A stretch of DNA of 63,366 nucleotides, the filler included, from Octopus bimaculoides (lineage: Eukaryota), in NCBI RefSeq assembly GCF_001194135.2. It is 5 parts of 5 records of this genome, joined end to end, with 100 filler letters (N's around TTAATTAATTAA, not from the genome) between each part and the next. Parts side by side here need not be neighbours in the genome. Positions count along the whole stretch, not along the records: positions 1 to 23,634 come from NC_068985.1; 4 more parts are not named here. One strand, given 5' to 3'. The position numbers were made by a program, and so were the translations under genes. The notes below the pieces were generated by a model that was not told where the DNA came from, made no database searches, and worked only from the letters and a program-made list of their open reading frames with translations. Below are positions 1-12,711 of the stretch, piece by piece; position 1 is the stretch's first letter; the number at the start of each line of letters is the position of its first letter.

Positions 1-350
1 CAGCGAAACGGGCTGATTACTACCTAGCTCAGATACCAGGAAACCCCAAAATGGCTGAAGTCCAAAAGATAGTGCTCATGGGAACTGCCCATATCCTACG
101 TAAAATACTGTCTATGTGATCTCAAATTTTAAAGCAAACATAATTTTCTTATGGTTTCTTAAACATTCACTTGAACAAAACTGTACAAATCCAAATATAT
201 GGTACCCTAGGCATAACACCTACATGAACTTCTAACTTGTTGTCTCTTGAGGTCTCTGGGTGAGACTTGGATCCAACTTGTACAAATGCAAAACAAAAGT
301 CAAACATAAAATAATAATAATAATAATAAAAAATAATAATAATAATAATA
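1..350 (+). mobile_element. 3' end of R4/Dong-clade non-LTR retrotransposon (C-terminus, 3' UTR, (TAA)n tail)
   Basis: Frame 3 (3-119) reads AKRADYYLAQIPGNPKMAEVQKIVLMGTAHILRKILSM*, the typical end of R4/Dong restriction-like-endonuclease (REL) ORFs. About 190 nt of UTR follow, then (TAA)n at ~309-351. Confidence 0.85.
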
Positions 351-351
351 A

Positions 352-3018
352 TACCAAAGAAATAGATATGAAATTTAGATTTACCAAAGAAATAGATATG
401 AAATTTGGATTAGAAAAATGTGCCAAAGCAACCCTGATGAACCTGCTGGAGGAGTAAATGCTAAGACGAAACAAGGTAGAAAAATCAAGCACAAATATAA
501 AAGCAAAGATTTCGTAAGGTTCCCTGCAATCAAGAGACCATTGAAACAATGAATACAAGTGAAAGCTCAACAGCTCAGAACGTATGACAAAAGAATCAAA
601 TTTTATCGACAAAACAAGACGTTCAAGACGGAGGCAAAGAAATTTTATAGTGAAATGGGCAAAAGCCAGTTAGAGGTAAAGGAGCCACCTATGAGTGAGA
701 AACGGCAAGTGTTCTGGAAAAAGATATGGAGAAACAAAACAGAATATAGTGCTGAAGCTCACTGGATAGAACATGAGAAAGTGAAGCTGGATGAAGTCGA
801 AGAGCAGGCATGGGAGGCAATAGGGGTAGAAGAGCTAATATGTGTTCTTAGAAAGTCTCACAAATGAAAAACCCAGGACTGAATTGTTTCACAGAAGTAT
901 ACCAACATTTTGCTGCATTCCTAACTGATGTCATCCAGAACGCAGAGTAAGTATCTGCTTGGCTCACTGAAAGAACAACATACCTTCTACCAAAAGGGGA
1001 AGACACGGAAAAGCCAAAGAACTACCGACCAATAGCATGTCTTAACACTACCTACAACATCCTCACATACATAATAACTGAAAGAATCTACACTTTCCTT
1101 GAACAGAGCTCCATCCTTCCATAAGCTCAAAACGTTGCAAAAGGAATTCTTAGGGATGCAAAGATCAATTACTCATAAATTGATTGCTGAGAATTGCTGG
1201 AGCAACAAGAGGAATCTGAGTATGACATGGATGGACTACAGAAAAGCGTTCGATAGTGTCCCACATAATTAACTACACAAGGACCTTGAGTTATATGAGA
1301 TCTCTCCTGTCGTCCACAAAGTCTTACAAAGTAGCATGGTCAAGCAGAATTCACGTTTCCTTCTACACCATAGTAATGGAATGATTCAATCTAACATCAA
1401 CATCAAACGTGGCATCTTTCAAGGTGACTCCCTGTTCTCAATACTCTATTGCATGACACTGGTCGCATTCTCCAACAAACTGAGTAACGCCAGGTTTGGG
1501 TTCAAAATATATAATATCATAGTAAACCATGTGTTTTATATGGACAATCTGAAGTTGTTTGCTAGAAATGACAAGGAGCTAGTAGGGCAGTTAACAATTG
1601 TTAGAGTAGAGTTGAGCAATGGATTTTGGCCTTCATAAGTGTGCTAAAATAACATCTGTAAGAGGCAAACACAACACACAGCTTCAATTAAATTAGATAC
1701 TAAACACTAATATCAGGAAACGTGACCTACAAGAAAGTTATAAATACCTGGGGATAAACGAAGGAGATGGTGTATAACAAGCTACGGTGAAGGAAAAGTT
1801 ACGAAAGGTGTATTACAGGAAAATAAAACTCATATAATAACTGAACTCATCTCCAAAAACCGCATCGAAACCATTAACACCCAGGCAATTCCAGTAGTCC
1901 AATACAGTTTTATCATCATTAACTGGAATCTTACAGAGCTCCAACGCCTGGACAGGAAGACAAGGAAACTATTAACATCTAAGAACATGCACCACCCAAA
2001 AGTAGACGTTGATCGTCTGTACATACAGAACCTGAAACCACTGCCATCAAAAAGCAAACCGGATCAAACAGACTGCAAAAATGAACGGGCAGAAACAAAT
2101 TGAAGATCAGTGAAGACGGAGCCCCTGCATGGACAGTGTATACTTTGAAGACGAAATGCTGATGTAGATGAAGCTACGATCCATCAGTAGCTGAAAAATT
2201 GAGGAATGAAATTAGAGATTGAAGGTCTCAACCTAACGGTACAAAATCAAAGATTGCTTACCAAATACTACCACGCTAACGGCTAACGTTCTTCAAAACG
2301 GTTCTGACCCTAAATGCAGTTTCTGTGATTAATTTGATGAAACAATAGACCATGTCATCTCGAAATGCGCTGAACGAATACAAAAAATAGCCACGATAGG
2401 GTAGGACAGTATTTGCATTGGAAAATATGTAAACATTACAAAATCAGCGCTCCTTACTGGTATGAACATCATGCTTAACCAGTTATTGAAAGTAAAAATG
2501 TCACTATACTCTAGGATTTTCCAGTCAACATAGACAGAACTATCCAGGATAATCAACCAGACATAGTTATTAAAGACTGGAAAGAAAATACCTGTAGACT
2601 AATAAATGTAAGTGTTCCCACTGATATAAACATATTTGTAACAAAATTTGGCAAATTCAGTAAATATTAGGACCTGGAAGTTGAAATACAAAAGATGTGG
2701 CATCTTAAGGCGAGAACTGTTCTTGTTATTGTGGGTGCCCTAGGTATGATAACAAATGGATTTTTGAAACATTTAGATAATATCCCAGGAGAGACATGTC
2801 TCAGAGAAATCCAAAAGATTATGTTGACAAGTACTGACCACATCCTTAGAGAAGCCCTATCAATTTAAATGTCTATGTTGTATTACATGAAGATATTTCG
2901 CTACTGTCGCTCCCACTTCCCTCCCCAGTTATCTCTTTTCCTTCACTTGCACTAGGGCACTGGGTGTGTCTCTGCATATGATTGTAACAAACATGCAGAT
3001 TAAAAGTAAATACTAATA

Positions 3019-3064
<46 letters not shown>

Positions 3065-3070
3065 TAATAA
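352..3070 (+). mobile_element. Degenerate near-full-length R4/Dong-clade element (RT, CCHC remnant, REL endonuclease)
   Basis: Frameshifted motifs in the expected order: YRQNKTFKTEAKKFY (559-867 ORF), TYLLPKG..KNYRPIACLNTTY (~975-1055), WMDYRKAFDSVPH (~1227-1265), GIFQGDSL, YMDN (1537-1548, decayed YMDD), YKYLG (~1740), NQPDIVIKD, VIVGALG, REIQKIMLTSTDHILREALSI* (stop 2866-2868). TAA-like tail at 3014-3070. Confidence 0.9.
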
Positions 3071-3192
3071 TAGTGAGAATCTATAACAATAATAAGAACG
3101 ATTATAGTGATATTGTAATGANNNNNNNNNNNNNNNNNNNNNNNNNNNNNNNNNNNNNNNNNNNNNNNNNNNNNNNNNNNNNNNNNNNNNNN

Positions 3193-4110
3193 GTTACAAT
3201 GTTATAACAGGCGGAAAGAAAAAGACCGAAAAAATAGAAAAAAGAAAACAACAGAAACAAAGAAAAGAAAAAGAGAGAAAGAAGAATATTCAATCAAACA
3301 GTTTTGTATAAATTTGATGATATTCTCCTGTTATTTTATTCATTCCTCCAGGGCGTGATGTTAATAACCCGCAAACATATTTCTCTTCATACATTCTTAG
3401 AAGTGAAAGTGGGGTAGATTCAGAATATTTTCTGAGAATATGCACTTTCAAATCTTCTTCAAAATTGCAGCCGCTTGAAACAAAATGTTCAGCAAGTTCT
3501 GTCGAGCTACTGTTATTGTGCCTGACGTCGAATCTATGCCCATTAAACCGTTTGTTTAATTGTTCTGTTGTACAACCAATATAAGTTAAGTTGTGTTTCG
3601 TGCATTCTGAAGCGTACACTAAATGGGAATCTTTACATGTTCCACCTTCTGTATAAATCATAACATTTCTGTTGTGATTTCTGATGGTATTCATTTCACT
3701 CATGCTGTTGCACAATGAACAGAGCTTACCTCTCTTGCGGCTGTTCTTTAAAGTACAGCGTGCAGATACTCCAATGTTCGTTTTCTTGGAGTCAGATATA
3801 GAGGTCAATAATTCTCTTATGTTCTTATTCCGTCTAAAGGCTACAATGGGCGGCTGAGGAAATATCTGTTTAAAACTGGGATATATTTTCGCCACATGCT
3901 GGTAACCTTCATGCAACACTTTTGAAATGCCAGTGAAATGTCTGTGCCAGCTAATCACTAAAGAATTCTATCATCTATTGTATTGTGTTTACTAAAATTA
4001 TACGTGTAGGTTTGACTATCTTTGCTAATCTTAGCTATTTCATTTGCTATTTCCTTTAATGGTGATTCACTATAACCTCGTTTGACATAATGACATAGAA
4101 GAGCATTTGC
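3193..4110 (-). mobile_element. Penelope-like element (PLE), 3' part: RT thumb, Cys linker and GIY-YIG endonuclease
   Basis: The 222-aa ORF 3290-3958 is open and contains PPIVAFRRNKNIRELL, C..KLCSLC, LVYASEC..TYIGCTT..LNKRFNGH and YEEKY. Upstream, across a 1-nt frameshift near 3962, it reads YVKRGYSE...DDRI(P)LVISWH. The Cys linker resembles the Neptune clade. Confidence 0.9.
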
Positions 4111-4194
4111 ATGCTTCTAGGTTTGCACGTTACTGGAAGAACAGCTGTAAGAAGAAACAGCTGTAAAACAACTGAAATCCAAAGCAAAACTGGA

Positions 4195-4700
4195 ACAGTA
4201 ACGCATCATATTAAAACGGTGTCAAGCCCTTTCATGGCAAATATTGGGTTAAACTAAACAGAAAAGTGGTAGATAAAGCAAAATCCCAACAGTGCCTGAG
4301 AAGCTTAGGACTCAAAGCAGAGACTAAAAGTTTTTTTTTTATTGTAGCACAAGACCAAAGCCTCCCCACCAGAAATTATCAAAAACATGCAATGAAAAGA
4401 AATACAAGTAACTGCAGAATAAGTGGAGATGGACAAAAAACAATAATTTATATTGTCTCTGGTTGCTCGGTCCTGGCTAAGAAGGAATATATTCACGGGC
4501 ACGACAGAGTTGAGCTCTATATGAACGGGAAGCTATGCCAACACTATGCAATATCAACAGAAAAAAGATGGTATAGGCACATCCCACAAAAGGTCACAGA
4601 AAAGGAGAATGTAATCATATTCTGGGACATGCCAACACACACAGATAGAGAATTTAAGGGCAATAGACCGGATATAGTTGTGAGAGATCGTCAAGAAAAA
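4195..4700 (+). mobile_element. R4/Dong-clade fragment (CCHC/REL region)
   Basis: ORF 4266-4754 contains GLKAET..AQDQSLPTRNY, HDRV..KLCQHY, IFWDMPTHTDREFKGNRPDIVVRD. Confidence 0.85.
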
Positions 4701-5270
4701 TTTTACTTCCGATCAAAACCGAACTTCAGCAGATACAACAAAATGATCCTTTAAGAGGATCAACGAACTAGAACGGCTGATGACAGTTCCCCACATGGAA
4801 GCCAACTAGGCAGGACTAGAAAATTGGCCATCAGAAAAATATGACGACACCAGAACTTATCAAAATCGGATCCGTTTACGTAAAAAATTATAAATACATG
4901 GGAACTAACTTCATTTCTCCCTTGTGTCCCTTGCTCTTAACTCAGAATAAAACCAACAATTTCTTTCGAGTTATGTACATTTTTGATTTATTTATAAGCA
5001 TTTCATATCTATGTTTACAAGTCTTTTCAGGGCCGTGGTTCAAAAATACAGACGAAATTCCATATAAAAGAACAGCTGGATTGCATATTACTGACTCAAA
5101 ATACCCATGTTTAGGAGCGTGGGTGATAACAATTCAATTACATGAGTAAAACTAATGAACAACAAAACTCAAATGGATAAATTAATTACAAAAAGACAAT
5201 TTCTTATATATTTCCAATAATATTAATCTAAATATGTTTAATTGGAAAGTACTCACTGGCTATTTTAATG

Positions 5271-5274
<4 letters not shown>

Positions 5275-5348
<74 letters not shown>

Positions 5349-5374
5349 TAATAATAATAATAACAATAACAATG

Positions 5375-5440
<66 letters not shown>
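5275..5440 (+). repeat. (TAA)n microsatellite
   Basis: Near-pure TAA run with a few TGA/CAA variants. Confidence 0.95.
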
Positions 5441-5441
<1 letters not shown>

Positions 5442-5765
5442 AAAGACATGGAAATAGAGGTAACTCGAATGTAGAATCTAAAAACAGAAACAATTCCTAT
5501 CATAGTAGGTGCCTTAGGTATAATAAAAAAATATTCAGACAAATACATAACAAAAGCACCAGGACTTACAAATATATATAACATAACGAAAAATTGCACT
5601 AGTGGGCACTGCACATATCCTACGCAAAACACTTTCAATACAGTAACCATAAGAGCATCACAGCAAACCACAGCACATACCCAAAGCACACAGAGCTGCG
5701 CTCGGTAGTGAAGTGAAAGCACGTTATAAAAATAAAACTACTGAACAATAATAATAAAAATAATA
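5441..5765 (+). mobile_element. 5'-truncated R4/Dong 3' end embedded in (TAA)n
   Basis: Reads KDMEIEVTRM*NLKTETIPIIVGALG...IALVGTAHILRKTLSIQ*, then a UTR ending ...aactactgaac and a TAA tail. Same family as 43052-43200. Confidence 0.9.
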
Positions 5766-6174
5766 AATTTTGTATGAAATTATCTTTCTATTCTCCCTGT
5801 AGAGTTTGATCTATTCACAAACCTGCTACTCTTACTCCATATATTTCCAGTATTTCCTTAAACAGCCACATATTTATGATTATCTCAAGTACAAGACAAC
5901 ATTTGAAAATAAAGGACAATTAAGGAAATCTTTTAATAATAACGGGAAATAGTAATAATGATAATAACAATGGTAGTGGTGGTGATCGTGATAATGATAA
6001 AAAAAATAATACTGATATGCTGCAGCTGCTAATACTACAATTATTAATATTCCCAAAGCACAGGTATCTGAGGCCTAACTTCCACTACTAGCACCATCAC
6101 CACCCCTGCTACTGTTGCTGTTGCTGTCACCACTGCAGCTATTATATACATAGATACAACAATAATGGCAATAA

Positions 6175-6990
6175 TTGACAACGGCGATAGAAGACTGAGG
6201 AAGAGCTCTACAACTCAACATCAACAAACTCAGACATCCCAAATTAAAGAAGGATTTACAACCAAAAGATCTGACATACATCTCCACACACAACCTTCTT
6301 AACAATGAAGCCCTCAACACCATCCTTCAAAATATTCTCCTGCTAAAAAAAGGACCACAGAATGAACTTAATCCTCCTAACACACACCATCATAAAAAGC
6401 AATAGACAGCCCAAACTATGGTATATGTGTCAATTTATTTGCGGGATCAGTGTTCTCCTTCAAACACGGATAACGTTTCATAGTGAAAAGCAGCTTCACA
6501 TGTGCTTCGGCGAACCTAATACACGCAATAATCTGCGATGGGTATCAAGAGGAATACATAGGCCAAACGAAAAACGATCTAGGTCAAAGGATGGCTGTGC
6601 ACAGATCTCAGTTCAAAATTAAAAAGAAAAAAAAAACAGAAAAATACCATTCAGCCAACATATCGACATTTGCGCCAATAATAAAAATCCAAGCTTCAGA
6701 ATTTTTCCCTCTATCAATTCAGGGAAGATACAACCTGTAGCCAATGAATTAGTAAAGATTCCCTCTTTATTACAAAGTACAGACCCTTTTTAAACGCATC
6801 CACAACAAATGACATATTCACCACGGCATTAGAATAAGCACACACGCAAATATTAAAAATGATACATTCAAAACAGATACACAAGAATTCAATTGAAACA
6901 GTCCCAATGACTGTTATAAACCACAACGAGCAACTTTTAAGTCACTGAACCACTCACTACAACCATCCACAACAAGTCACTTTCAGGACG
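6175..6990 (+). mobile_element. Degenerate Penelope-like element fragment (GIY-YIG)
   Basis: Reads IKSNRQPK then VKSSFTCASANLIHAIICDGYQEEYIGQTKNDLGQRMAVHRSQ (ORFs 6362-6622 and 6483-6740). Confidence 0.85.
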
Positions 6991-7047
6991 CTTGACTATT
7001 TACTACTATCATAGCACTACTACTATCACTTCACTCCCGCATAATTT

Positions 7048-7139
7048 ACTCCTCCTCCTCCTCCTCCTCCTTCTTCTTCTTCTTCTTCTTCTTCTTCTTC
7101 TTCTTCTTCTTCTTCTTCTTCTTCTTCTTCTTCTTCTTC
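7048..7139 (+). repeat. (CTC)n/(TTC)n microsatellite
   Basis: Visible trinucleotide run that ends in an assembly gap. Confidence 0.95.
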
Positions 7140-8019
7140 NNNNNNNNNNNNNNNNNNNNNNNNNNNNNNNNNNNNNNNNNNNNNNNNNNNNNNNNNNNNN
7201 NNNNNNNNNNNNNNNNNNNNNNNNNNNNNNNNNNNNNNNNNNNNNNNNNNNNNNNNNNNNNNNNNNNNNNNNNNNNNNNNNNNNNNNNNNNNNNNNNNNN
7301 NNNNNNNNNNNNNNNNNNNNNNNNNNNNNNNNNNNNNNNNNNNNNNNNNNNNNNNNNNNNNNNNNNNNNNNNNNNNNNNNNNNNNNNNNNNNNNNNNNNN
7401 NNNNNNNNNNNNNNNNNNNNNNNNNNNNNNNNNNNNNNNNNNNNNNNNNNNNNNNNNNNNNNNNNNNNNNNNNNNNNNNNNNNNNNNNNNNNNNNNNNNN
7501 NNNNNNNNNNNNNNNNNNNNNNNNNNNNNNNNNNNNNNNNNNNNNNNNNNNNNNNNNNNNNNNNNNNNNNNNNNNNNNNNNNNNNNNNNNNNNNNNNNNN
7601 NNNNNNNNNNATGATAGATGATAGTAGTAGTAAGAGAGAGAGAGAGAGAGAGAGAGCGCGAAGACTATGTGTGTGTATACGTCAGAGATAGAGTACGTGG
7701 GTTTGTGTTGATTCACATCCATGACATTAATTACATGTGTGTGTATTCTGTATGCATGTATGTGTGTTGACGTCACGGAAGCCATGTTTCTTTTTCGCCT
7801 AGAAATACCAAACAAAAATTGTGTTTAATCGATTTCTTTTGTAAATAGAGGCCCAACTATCACAAAAAATCGTACTGCATTGCATAAAGTAAGTATCAAA
7901 ATATATATATGTAAAAAGAATTAATGTAAACTATACTATTTCTGAAATATTTCGGGTACAAACAAATATCTTCTAGAGTTTTAGTATTATATATATATAA
8001 GGACGAAAACAATAAGTTT

Positions 8020-9070
8020 TAAATTTCTCAGCGAGAATAGTAACAATACTACAGAGAAAAATGCATTTGCCAACGTAAAGTAGCAGTTCTGATTAGGACA
8101 ATTTTACTACCGATTTTAGCTCCAGTAAACATCTTTTCCAGTCGCTTACCGACGCAGAACCGCGTTCTTCTACCTCGAAGAAGGGAGCTAATGTCACCAA
8201 TCAGTCTTGAACGATACCAGTGAACCATGGTTTCTAGGTTATTTCTCTTGATCGGCACAGTATAACCGTTGTGTAGAGATGGCAGCACTAGACTTTGTAT
8301 GAGGTATATACTTTTAAAATGACACACAAACATTGATCTCGTAAAGAGGAAAACAATTAGTTTTAAATCTCTTAGCGAGAAGTAAGTAGTAACCGTACTA
8401 CAGTGTAATATCTATTTGCCAACGTAAAGTGGCAGTACTGATTTGGACAATGCTACTACCTTTTTCATCCCGAAGAAAACATGTTTTCCAGTTGGGTACC
8501 GACGCACAGCTGTGTCCTTGTACCTCGAACAAGAGAGCTAATATCTCCACTCAGCTTTAAACGGTATATGTCGAACATTGTTTCTAGGTTATTTCTCTCC
8601 ATCGGCACAGTATAATCGTTGGCTAGAGAAGGCAGCACTAGGCCCAGCTAGAGGTATAAGGACGCAGTTGTGCGTCGGTAGCCATCTGGAAAAGATGTTT
8701 TCATGGAGCTAAAGATAGGTAGTAGGATCGTCCTTATCAGGACTGCCACTTTACATTGGCAAATAGATTTTATTTTGTAGTACTGTCACTACTTACGTCT
8801 CGCTCACTGATTTAAGACTAATTGTCTTTCGCTTTACGAGATCAGTGACTGTTGGTCACTTTAAAATGTATATACCGAAAGCAGGCCTATTGCTGCCATC
8901 TCTGTGCCAAGAAGTTATAGTCCACAGGCAGACTGGGGACATTAGCTCCTTTGTTCGAGATAAAAGGACGCAGTTACCCAGCTGGAAAAGATGTTTTCCT
9001 GGGGCTAAAAAGGTGGTAACATCATCCTAATCAGGACTTCCGCTTTACTCTGGCAAATCGATTTTACTGA
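8020..9070. repeat. Diverged ~340-bp tandem repeat: two direct units, then inverted units
   Basis: Block tttgccaacgtaaagt(a/g)gcagt...ttttccagt...accgacgca...gagctaat...atcggcacagtata occurs at ~8070 and ~8415. Its reverse complement occurs at 8659-8820 and 8900-9062. Confidence 0.8.
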
Positions 9071-9084
9071 TATACGTATTAACC

Positions 9085-9531
9085 TGCTCTAGGTGTCGAG
9101 AGCAATATATAGGCCAAACAAAAACAGTCTACTTCAAAGGATGGCTCTGCACAAATCGCAGATCAAAATTCCGAAAAACAGCATTCAGCGAACACATCGA
9201 CATTTGCGCCAATAACAAAACAAAAACCAGCTTTAGAAATTTTCCTCTCTATCAATTCAGGGACGATACAACCTGTAGTCAATGCATTAGTAAACAGTCA
9301 TTCTTTATCACAAAATACAAACCCCATTGGAATGCATCCACAACAAAAGACATATTCACCAGGGCCTTACAATGACAACCACGCACATATTAAAAACGAT
9401 ACATTCAAAACAATCACGTGAAGAGTTTATTCAGAAGAAATCCAGTCACTACTACCATCTACAACGAGTCACTTTTAGGTCACTTGTCCATTTAACATCC
9501 CGCTACTGTCATACGAATCCCGCCTTCTTTC
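9085..9531 (+). mobile_element. Second copy of the 3' end of the PLE family at 6175-6990
   Basis: Shares ataggccaaac..aaaggatggct.tgcaca.atc.cag..caaaatt..cattcagc.aaca.atcgacatttgcgccaataa with 6555-6690 (YIGQT motif). Confidence 0.85.
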
Positions 9532-9677
9532 ATTCTTCTTCTTCTTCTTCTTCTTCTTCTTCTTCTTCTTCTTCTTCTTCTTCTTCTTCTTCTTCTTCTT
9601 CTTCTTCTTCTTCTTCTTCTTCTTCTTCTTCTTCTTCTTCTTCTTCTTCTTCTTCTCCTTCTTCTTCTTCTTCTTCT
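9532..9677 (+). repeat. (TTC)n microsatellite
   Basis: Near-pure run directly after the PLE fragment. Confidence 0.95.
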
Positions 9678-9823
9678 ACATATATATATCTGTATATATA
9701 TTAATATATACACATATATATATATATGTATAGATAGAGTAAATATTTCTAGATATATGTATATATTATACACATTACACAAACACACACATATATAAAG
9801 ATATGTGTGTGCACTTAAGTGTG

Positions 9824-9901
<78 letters not shown>

Positions 9902-10629
9902 AACACATACACATCCACACACACACATATATATTTATACGCAAACATACACACAAGACGGAGAATATGAGAAATCTACTTACATTATGGAAAATGAAAG
10001 TATTAACTATTCACGTACACATGAATAATCAACAAATAGGGATTTGAATAGCAGTAATTCAACATTTGTACTCAAACTGTGCAGTCAGTAAGGTTACATA
10101 TATGTGCATTTCTTCGAATCAAATAACAGTAATAAGTATGTAATTGATTAATTACTCTATTATAATAGAAGATTACTTTCAACGGATTCTGGAATATTGT
10201 TGAACTGCGTGCATTTAAGCATGAATTATCAGTCAGGTATTATTAGAAAATATATTTCCATTTCAATATACAAAAGATATAATGTATACAGCATATGTGG
10301 TTCTAATTGAGAACACATTGGACCCATCATGCAATAATGTGCTTTTGTATATGAAATGCATTCATTGAATTACAATATGAAATATTATGTCTTCCTATTT
10401 ATTTTATTACATGTTGACGAGTGCAACCCGTAAAGGTAAAGCTCTACAATATATATATATATATATATATATAATTTGCTTGTGTCAAGGAACTATGATC
10501 CATTAAGGGATGCTAGCAACCTCGATCTCCGGTTTATACCGGTGTCCAGCGAAAACTAAATATATTAGATTTGCATTTATGTATATAAGTATCTAAAATA
10601 TTTATGAATGAGAAAAGGAAGGGAATGGA

Positions 10630-12645
10630 GAAACTGACATCGGCTTACTCAAAGATATTCAAGTCTATATAATGATATTCTTCTCCTACAGCCGTTTCCA
10701 TATTCTATACGTTCAATTAGAGAAATTAAATTAAATTGATTTAAATTTTCAAATTGAAACTAATTAGTTGGGTATTTCATCAGGGAAGCATTTTCCCAAA
10801 AGGGAGTTTCATTTTAAAGTGATGCTTAGCCTACAACAGACCAGAGATGTATACGTTTCAGAAAATGTGCGTTGTTTAAACAAAACATTGTTTGGTACAT
10901 AGTTCCATTCGCAAAGCAAACTAAAGGTAATTTGGTTGGAACCTTACAGAAACTTTTCTCTAAACACTTTACAAAAGGAAATTGATATTATGATATCACT
11001 AACCCCAGGCTTCTTAGAATTGGTTATTTCGTATCTAATAATTTATACCAAATTATATCTTCAATTAACGGAAGAAATGTATCTAATTCTTATAATAATT
11101 GTAATAGTAGTAAACGCCATAACAGTAATACCAATAGAATAAACGTAGCAAAGGTAAGTAAATTTGGAACTTCTAGTGTACAAAGGGAAATAACCCGTGT
11201 CAATCCCATCCCAACCTCTTGAACGTAGATAAAATGGCAAATAGCAATTATATTGAATATAATGGTGTGAAATAGAGTAATAATACGAGTACTAAGAAAA
11301 ATACTTGTTGCGATTGCAGATTTAGAAGTGAATGTTTATTTGAAAATTATTGTAAGCAAAAGAATGTTGTTTACAGATAAAAGTTAATATCTTCGGGTAA
11401 ATGTTTCTTCAATATAGGGGTTATGCAAAATTTTGTTAAGAAACGCATCTCTAATCATATTTACACCTTTAATAATATGAACAGACCTTCTACCATCCTC
11501 AGTAAATTTATCTGGAACTTGATAGACAAGAAAAAACGTTTGTCTGTGGAGTGGGAGATTATAAGCAAGGCAACTGCTTATAAGCCTGGAAACTCCTTTT
11601 GATCTTATATTCTAGGAAACGTCTCTTAAATTCTAAAATAGAGACTGGTTTTTCATGTGTTCACGGAAGTAAATGGACTCTTAGAAATTACCATTCAATA
11701 TATAATCATCATTGATGTTATTCGTTAATAAATGGTTAGTAGATGTAATATTGATGAAAAATATATATGGTATGATATAATATAATTTAATATAACATAA
11801 TATATCAATTAAATTGTGTAGATGCACGTTATGTCTTCTATACGTGGCAATGAAATGGTATTTTACTATAAAATTCAATAAGCACGTTTCTTATTTGTAT
11901 ATCGTTGAACTTCTTATAATAATTTGTAAAACTAAATTTGAGCTAAAACATTATCTTAATTGTAATTACAACTTTAGTGTAATTAGTTCTAATATGTATT
12001 AACTACAAATAGTATCTGGTAATGTTTAGGTTTTGTTTTGTTTATAAAATTTATATTGACCATAGGCTTATGCACAAATGTTGATGACACAACACTATTA
12101 TATGGTAATTAACTAGCAGTTTTTGATGCGTCATATTTTTGTTATATTCAGTATATTTATCAAATACATTCACAACTCCTTGATGAATGTTACAACCCTC
12201 TCCCCCACTCTCTCTACCCATCTTTCTCTCTCACTTGCTTTAATCATTCTCTCTTACTATAACATCTATTTCGCCCTAACAAACACGCCAGCACCAATAA
12301 AAATCATCATGTATTACATATGGTTGCGCATAAAATATATCGGACTTATTTGTTTATATGTATATGTATGTAAATAACGGTTTTTTTAAGCAACGAACAC
12401 AATCTAAAACGCACATATTCGAGTTAGTTGTAGGTTAACAAACACGTTGAAATGTAACTCCCTTTTGGGAAAATTCTTCCCTGTTGAAATATCCAATTAA
12501 CCTGTTTCATATGAGAACTTAATTTAATTTAATTTAATTTAAATTTTGTAATTGAACTAATTGGTTATGGAAACGGCTGTAGGACAAGAATTTCATTATA
12601 TGGATTTGAATATCTTTGAATAAACTGATGTCTGTATGTCAATGT
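10630..12645. repeat. Pair of diverged ~250-bp inverted repeats (10630-10885 and 12385-12645), possibly an old non-autonomous DNA transposon
   Basis: tcaaagatattcaa, cctacagccgtttccata, cagggaag.attttcccaaaaggg and cctacaac in the left copy match the reverse complement of the right copy. Confidence 0.7.
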
Positions 12646-12662
12646 CTCCATTTTCTTTCTGT

Positions 12663-12711
<49 letters not shown>

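Noticed and set aside
4775-4810. CTGATGA motif resembling a hammerhead core
   Set aside because: No correctly placed GAAA or stems I and III.
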